This document shows, piece after piece, positions 61,008 through 64,000 of a DNA stretch of 64,000 nucleotides. Below the pieces are notes generated by a model, which was not told the origin of the DNA, ran no database searches, and saw only the letters and a program-made list of their open reading frames with translations. A program made the translations under genes and the position numbers. Origin of the DNA: a virus; the IMG/VR virus record IMGVR_UViG_3300009826_001457, positions 10,654 through 74,653 of that record. One strand, 5' to 3'. Positions within the stretch are counted from its first letter, which is position 1; each line of letters starts with the position of its first letter.

Positions 61008-61363
61008 TGATTAGTCAAGATATCATTAATTGCATAAATAAAGCCTCCGAGTATAAAGGGGTATCGCGAATTGGCATTTTTGGCTCTTTTGCCAGGGCAG
61101 AAGTATCAGAGGATAATGACGAATTAACAGAAAACAGCGATTTTGATATATTGTATCATTACAACTATATTGATAATGAAAACAATGGTATTTCCGATAT
61201 GTTCACGTTCATTGAAACACTTGAGACAGATTTATCTAAGTTTTTGGGCGGTAGAAAAATTGATTTTGTTTCATATCACGCCATTGCAGATAGCGATAAT
61301 ATTGAACTGAAGCAAAGCATAATGAACGATGTAATATGGATATACGAGCAAACCCAGACATAA
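61007..61363 (+). CDS. MntA-like minimal nucleotidyltransferase antitoxin
   Basis: IGIFGSFAR...SDFDILY...L...LGGRKIDFV; GTG start at 61007 after GGAGGAGG, overlapping the HEPN stop. Confidence 0.85.
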   Translation: MISQDIINCINKASEYKGVSRIGIFGSFARAEVSEDNDELTENSDFDILYHYNYIDNENNGISDMFTFIETLETDLSKFLGGRKIDFVSYHAIADSDNIELKQSIMNDVIWIYEQTQT

Positions 61364-61404
61364 TCCAAGGGCCGCAATGATTGCGGCTCTTTTTATTATC
61401 CCCC

Positions 61405-61452
61405 AAAGCCACCTATATCTGCCTTGCTATGAGCAGATATAGGTGGCTTTTT
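61405..61452 (+). terminator. Intrinsic terminator (second of two after the TA pair)
   Basis: AAAGCCACCTATATCTGC / GCAGATATAGGTGGCTTTTT; a smaller hairpin GGGCCGCAAT/ATTGCGGCTC-TTTTT precedes it. Confidence 0.8.
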
Positions 61453-61453
61453 A

Positions 61454-61555
61454 TGACTTGGCGTGCAAGGTGCGGGTGTTTCTAACTTATGACCGAATCG
61501 AATAAGGAGATGCATAAAGCTTGGAGCATTGGAGGTTCAAGTCCTTCACAAGTCA
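61454..61555 (+). ncRNA. tRNA-like structure (not a canonical tRNA)
   Basis: Acceptor-like TGACTTG/CAAGTCA; T-arm GGAGG-TTCAAGT-CCTTC; over-long anticodon-position arm; no encoded CCA. Confidence 0.45.
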
Positions 61556-61659
61556 TTCTGGCGATATCGTTGATATATCGCATAATCAAACGAATATTAA
61601 AACATTTCTGTTTTGCGCTAGTAACCGCGCACAGAAGCGATTCCAAGGAGGAGAATGAA

Positions 61660-61875
61660 ATGCTGAAATCTTTAACATTGTTACAAAGCCTATATTGGCA
61701 AAGAGAATCTCTACACGATAATCGATGGAAGCTTGACCGCCAAATTGAATCGCAGCAGAAGCGAGGCCGTCGTCCGAATAAACTGTTGTCTGACCGCGCC
61801 AGCATCATGGAAGATATCATCGCAATAAGCACTCAAATGAATGCAATTGAAAATGGAGGCTTGGTTGCAGCATAA
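61660..61875 (+). CDS. Small hypothetical protein
   Basis: Start MLKSLTLLQ after AAGGAGG. Confidence 0.6.
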   Translation: MLKSLTLLQSLYWQRESLHDNRWKLDRQIESQQKRGRRPNKLLSDRASIMEDIIAISTQMNAIENGGLVAA

Positions 61876-62168
61876 GCCATTTTTTGTACACCTGTTTATC
61901 AACGCTTCGGGGGAGTTGAATCATATAGCTCCCCCTTTATGTATGGCGGTAAACATCAATACACAATGTCGAACGAAGTCGAATGTATGTTGCATAATAA
62001 GTGGCCGCAGTCCGCTTGACAAACATATGTGCCATAAATATACTATGCCCCACTTCGGAAGGGATGAATGACTGTTCGCATTTGCTTCCAACATCAGCAC
62101 TTTGCTTTAGTTGGCTACTGTCTTTATGGTTCGCTTTATTATCGTCGGAAACAATAGGAGGCTTGTAT

Positions 62169-62465
62169 ATGAAAAATGGTAAGGCGTTTTTATTCAAGTC
62201 TCGCCTCGGAACAGCTTTTGTTGTGGCTTTTGTAAAAGATGATGCAGGGCGGGTATTTGGCCGAGCTTTTGGTTATGTAGCTTTCCCTACCCATGGCTTT
62301 AACCCTATGCACTCTATAAATCAAGCAACTTCTTGGCTGAAGAGCCAGGGCAACGCATACATAAAGCGGTTGCCTTTGACGCAAGGTACGGATTTCACTA
62401 CTGAATGCGAAAAGCAAATTTGGGTATGGCTGAGTGAAGCTTCGGCTATGCGGGATGCAGGATAA
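62169..62465 (+). CDS. Hypothetical protein
   Basis: Start MKNGKAFLF after AGGAGG. Confidence 0.65.
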   Translation: MKNGKAFLFKSRLGTAFVVAFVKDDAGRVFGRAFGYVAFPTHGFNPMHSINQATSWLKSQGNAYIKRLPLTQGTDFTTECEKQIWVWLSEASAMRDAG

Positions 62466-62531
62466 ACAATACATCGACTGTTTAATGTCATAATCCTTTC
62501 GGTGTCTGAATAGTTGCGAGGAGGCGTTCAA

Positions 62532-62714
62532 ATGTACAACAAGGGTGATTTATTGCAAGTATCTTCTGATGACCGATTTAATGGTGCAACAGGAAGGGTC
62601 GAATCTCTCCATCCTGATTACGACCCAAAAGAAATGGTTTATTTGATTAAATATGAAGAACCATTAAAGGGATACGGCATGTTTCCTGAGTCGCATTTGG
62701 TAGCTGTCATATGA
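62532..62714 (+). CDS. Small SH3/KOW-like protein
   Basis: MYNKGDLLQV...GATGRV...YLIKY...MFPESHL; SD GGAGG. Confidence 0.6.
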   Translation: MYNKGDLLQVSSDDRFNGATGRVESLHPDYDPKEMVYLIKYEEPLKGYGMFPESHLVAVI

Positions 62715-62828
62715 ATGGGAAGATGGTCGCATGGGGCAACACTGCACACCATTGGATACCTCACAGGGATTGGATGTTAATCAGCATTAAACAGTAGAGT
62801 TGTGGTTTGAAGGAAAGGAAGCGAGAAA

Positions 62829-63344
62829 ATGTCCGATGTAAAACATATTATCTCAACTGAAGATTTTGTGAACCATGTTCCGACAGTTGAACTTGCATCA
62901 TCTTCGAGCGAAGGTAAAAAGTTGGTAGCTGTTACAGGTGTTCGTTATGAAGTAAGAAGTGATGAATGGGGCGTTATCTTTTATTATAACTTTCAGCAAG
63001 CTGTCGCTGCCTACAATTTAATTGGTCAGTGTGGTGATGGCAGTTCTCGCCCTAACTTCCCTGATGATATTGTAGCAGATATGGCTATTTCTCAAAATGC
63101 CTTTTTGGCTGGATGCAGGGTTCTTATCGACAATGGAATAGAGATAAGCGAAGCACAAACAGTCATGCAAGCATTGTGCTGTGTAATGCTTGATACAGAA
63201 ACCGAACCACTAATGCAAGATGATATGCCCTGTTGCCAAAACTGCACTCACCTTGATGTTTTATGTGATGCAGGTTCATACGAGAACTCCGCATGTACAA
63301 TTCATAACCTATCTGGTTGGACGAAGAACGATTTACGGACATGA
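62829..63344 (+). CDS. Hypothetical protein with Cys-rich C-terminus
   Basis: 171 aa, SD AAGGAAAGG; CCQNCTHL...C...C. Confidence 0.65.
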   Translation: MSDVKHIISTEDFVNHVPTVELASSSSEGKKLVAVTGVRYEVRSDEWGVIFYYNFQQAVAAYNLIGQCGDGSSRPNFPDDIVADMAISQNAFLAGCRVLIDNGIEISEAQTVMQALCCVMLDTETEPLMQDDMPCCQNCTHLDVLCDAGSYENSACTIHNLSGWTKNDLRT

Positions 63345-63603
63345 ACATGGCTTTTATCTAATAGCTAGATATAGAACATTGCAAATATTTATTTAGCCAA
63401 AGAGGTAGACTTAGTAATCGAATGCAGTGAAGACTTTCTGGAACTGGCAAAGACTGTGGATATGCAAAAAGCGTTCAGCAGAATGAACCTTGATGTTACC
63501 ATGCCAAGTTAGATGAAAGACATGTTTTGTTCAAGAAAGATATATGGGGCACGTTTTATACGGATGCTCTTTATATACAAATATATATTTATAGGAGGTA
63601 CAC

Positions 63604-64000
63604 ATGGCACAAGTAAAAATCGTAGGTAGGAGCTTCGTCATCGTTTCATCAGTAACGAAGGCGAACCTGGAGACGGTTAAAAAACTCCGCCCATCTGCCC
63701 TGGCACTAACCGATCCGGATACTAAGGAAACCCTATTCAGGGTAGGACTTGGTAAGGATAGTTTGAGTAGCCACGGAATATGCTTCGGCGGCGTTGCAAA
63801 CACAGATGAGCCAGAACAGCAGTATGCGACTGCGACGTTCCAAATCCCAGAGGGCGTTGAAAACGCAAAAGAACACGTAATGGACATTGCGGGGCCGGCG
63901 TTGGTCAGTCTCAAAAAGGTCGAAGATGGCCTCTCCGCTGTACTGGCTGATGTCCGCGCAGAGCGCGAGGGCATCGCTGCTAGTATTACTGTCGAGGTAT
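63604..64000 (+). CDS. Hypothetical phage protein (3' end at the window edge)
   Basis: MAQVKIVGRSFVIVSSVTKANLETVKKLRPSALAL... after AGGAGG; open to the end of the window; not in the track. Confidence 0.7.
   Translation, partial: MAQVKIVGRSFVIVSSVTKANLETVKKLRPSALALTDPDTKETLFRVGLGKDSLSSHGICFGGVANTDEPEQQYATATFQIPEGVENAKEHVMDIAGPALVSLKKVEDGLSAVLADVRAEREGIAASITVEV

Overview
The whole window is part of a large SPbeta-like siphovirus or prophage of a Firmicute (probably clostridial) host. A long minus-strand late region runs from a YonO-type single-subunit RNA polymerase (51890-54394) through ClpP, a metallophosphoesterase, HU, a fibre/decoration cluster with an RCC1-repeat protein, holin-like genes, terminase, portal, capsid, head-tail and tail genes and an amidase endolysin. 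It ends in a very large tape measure gene and a distal tail gene cut by the window edge. Beyond a strand-composition switch near 57640, plus-strand early-type genes follow. The main observation is that the tape measure gene is split by a group I intron (4555-5829). Its P1, P3, P4, P6, P7, P7.1, P7.2, P8, P9 and P10 pairings can be read from the sequence, and splicing would give a 4988-aa protein. The P6 loop carries no homing endonuclease or transposase. Instead it holds a hicA-hicB toxin-antitoxin operon with its own promoter, two 35-nt tandem repeats and terminators. Two more TA-type modules are present: an Rpn gene with an internal start, and HEPN-MNT. There are also three unexplained repeat arrays, a tRNA-like fold, several ATA/ATT starts and host-like morons. 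All family assignments come from motif recognition only; no searches were run.
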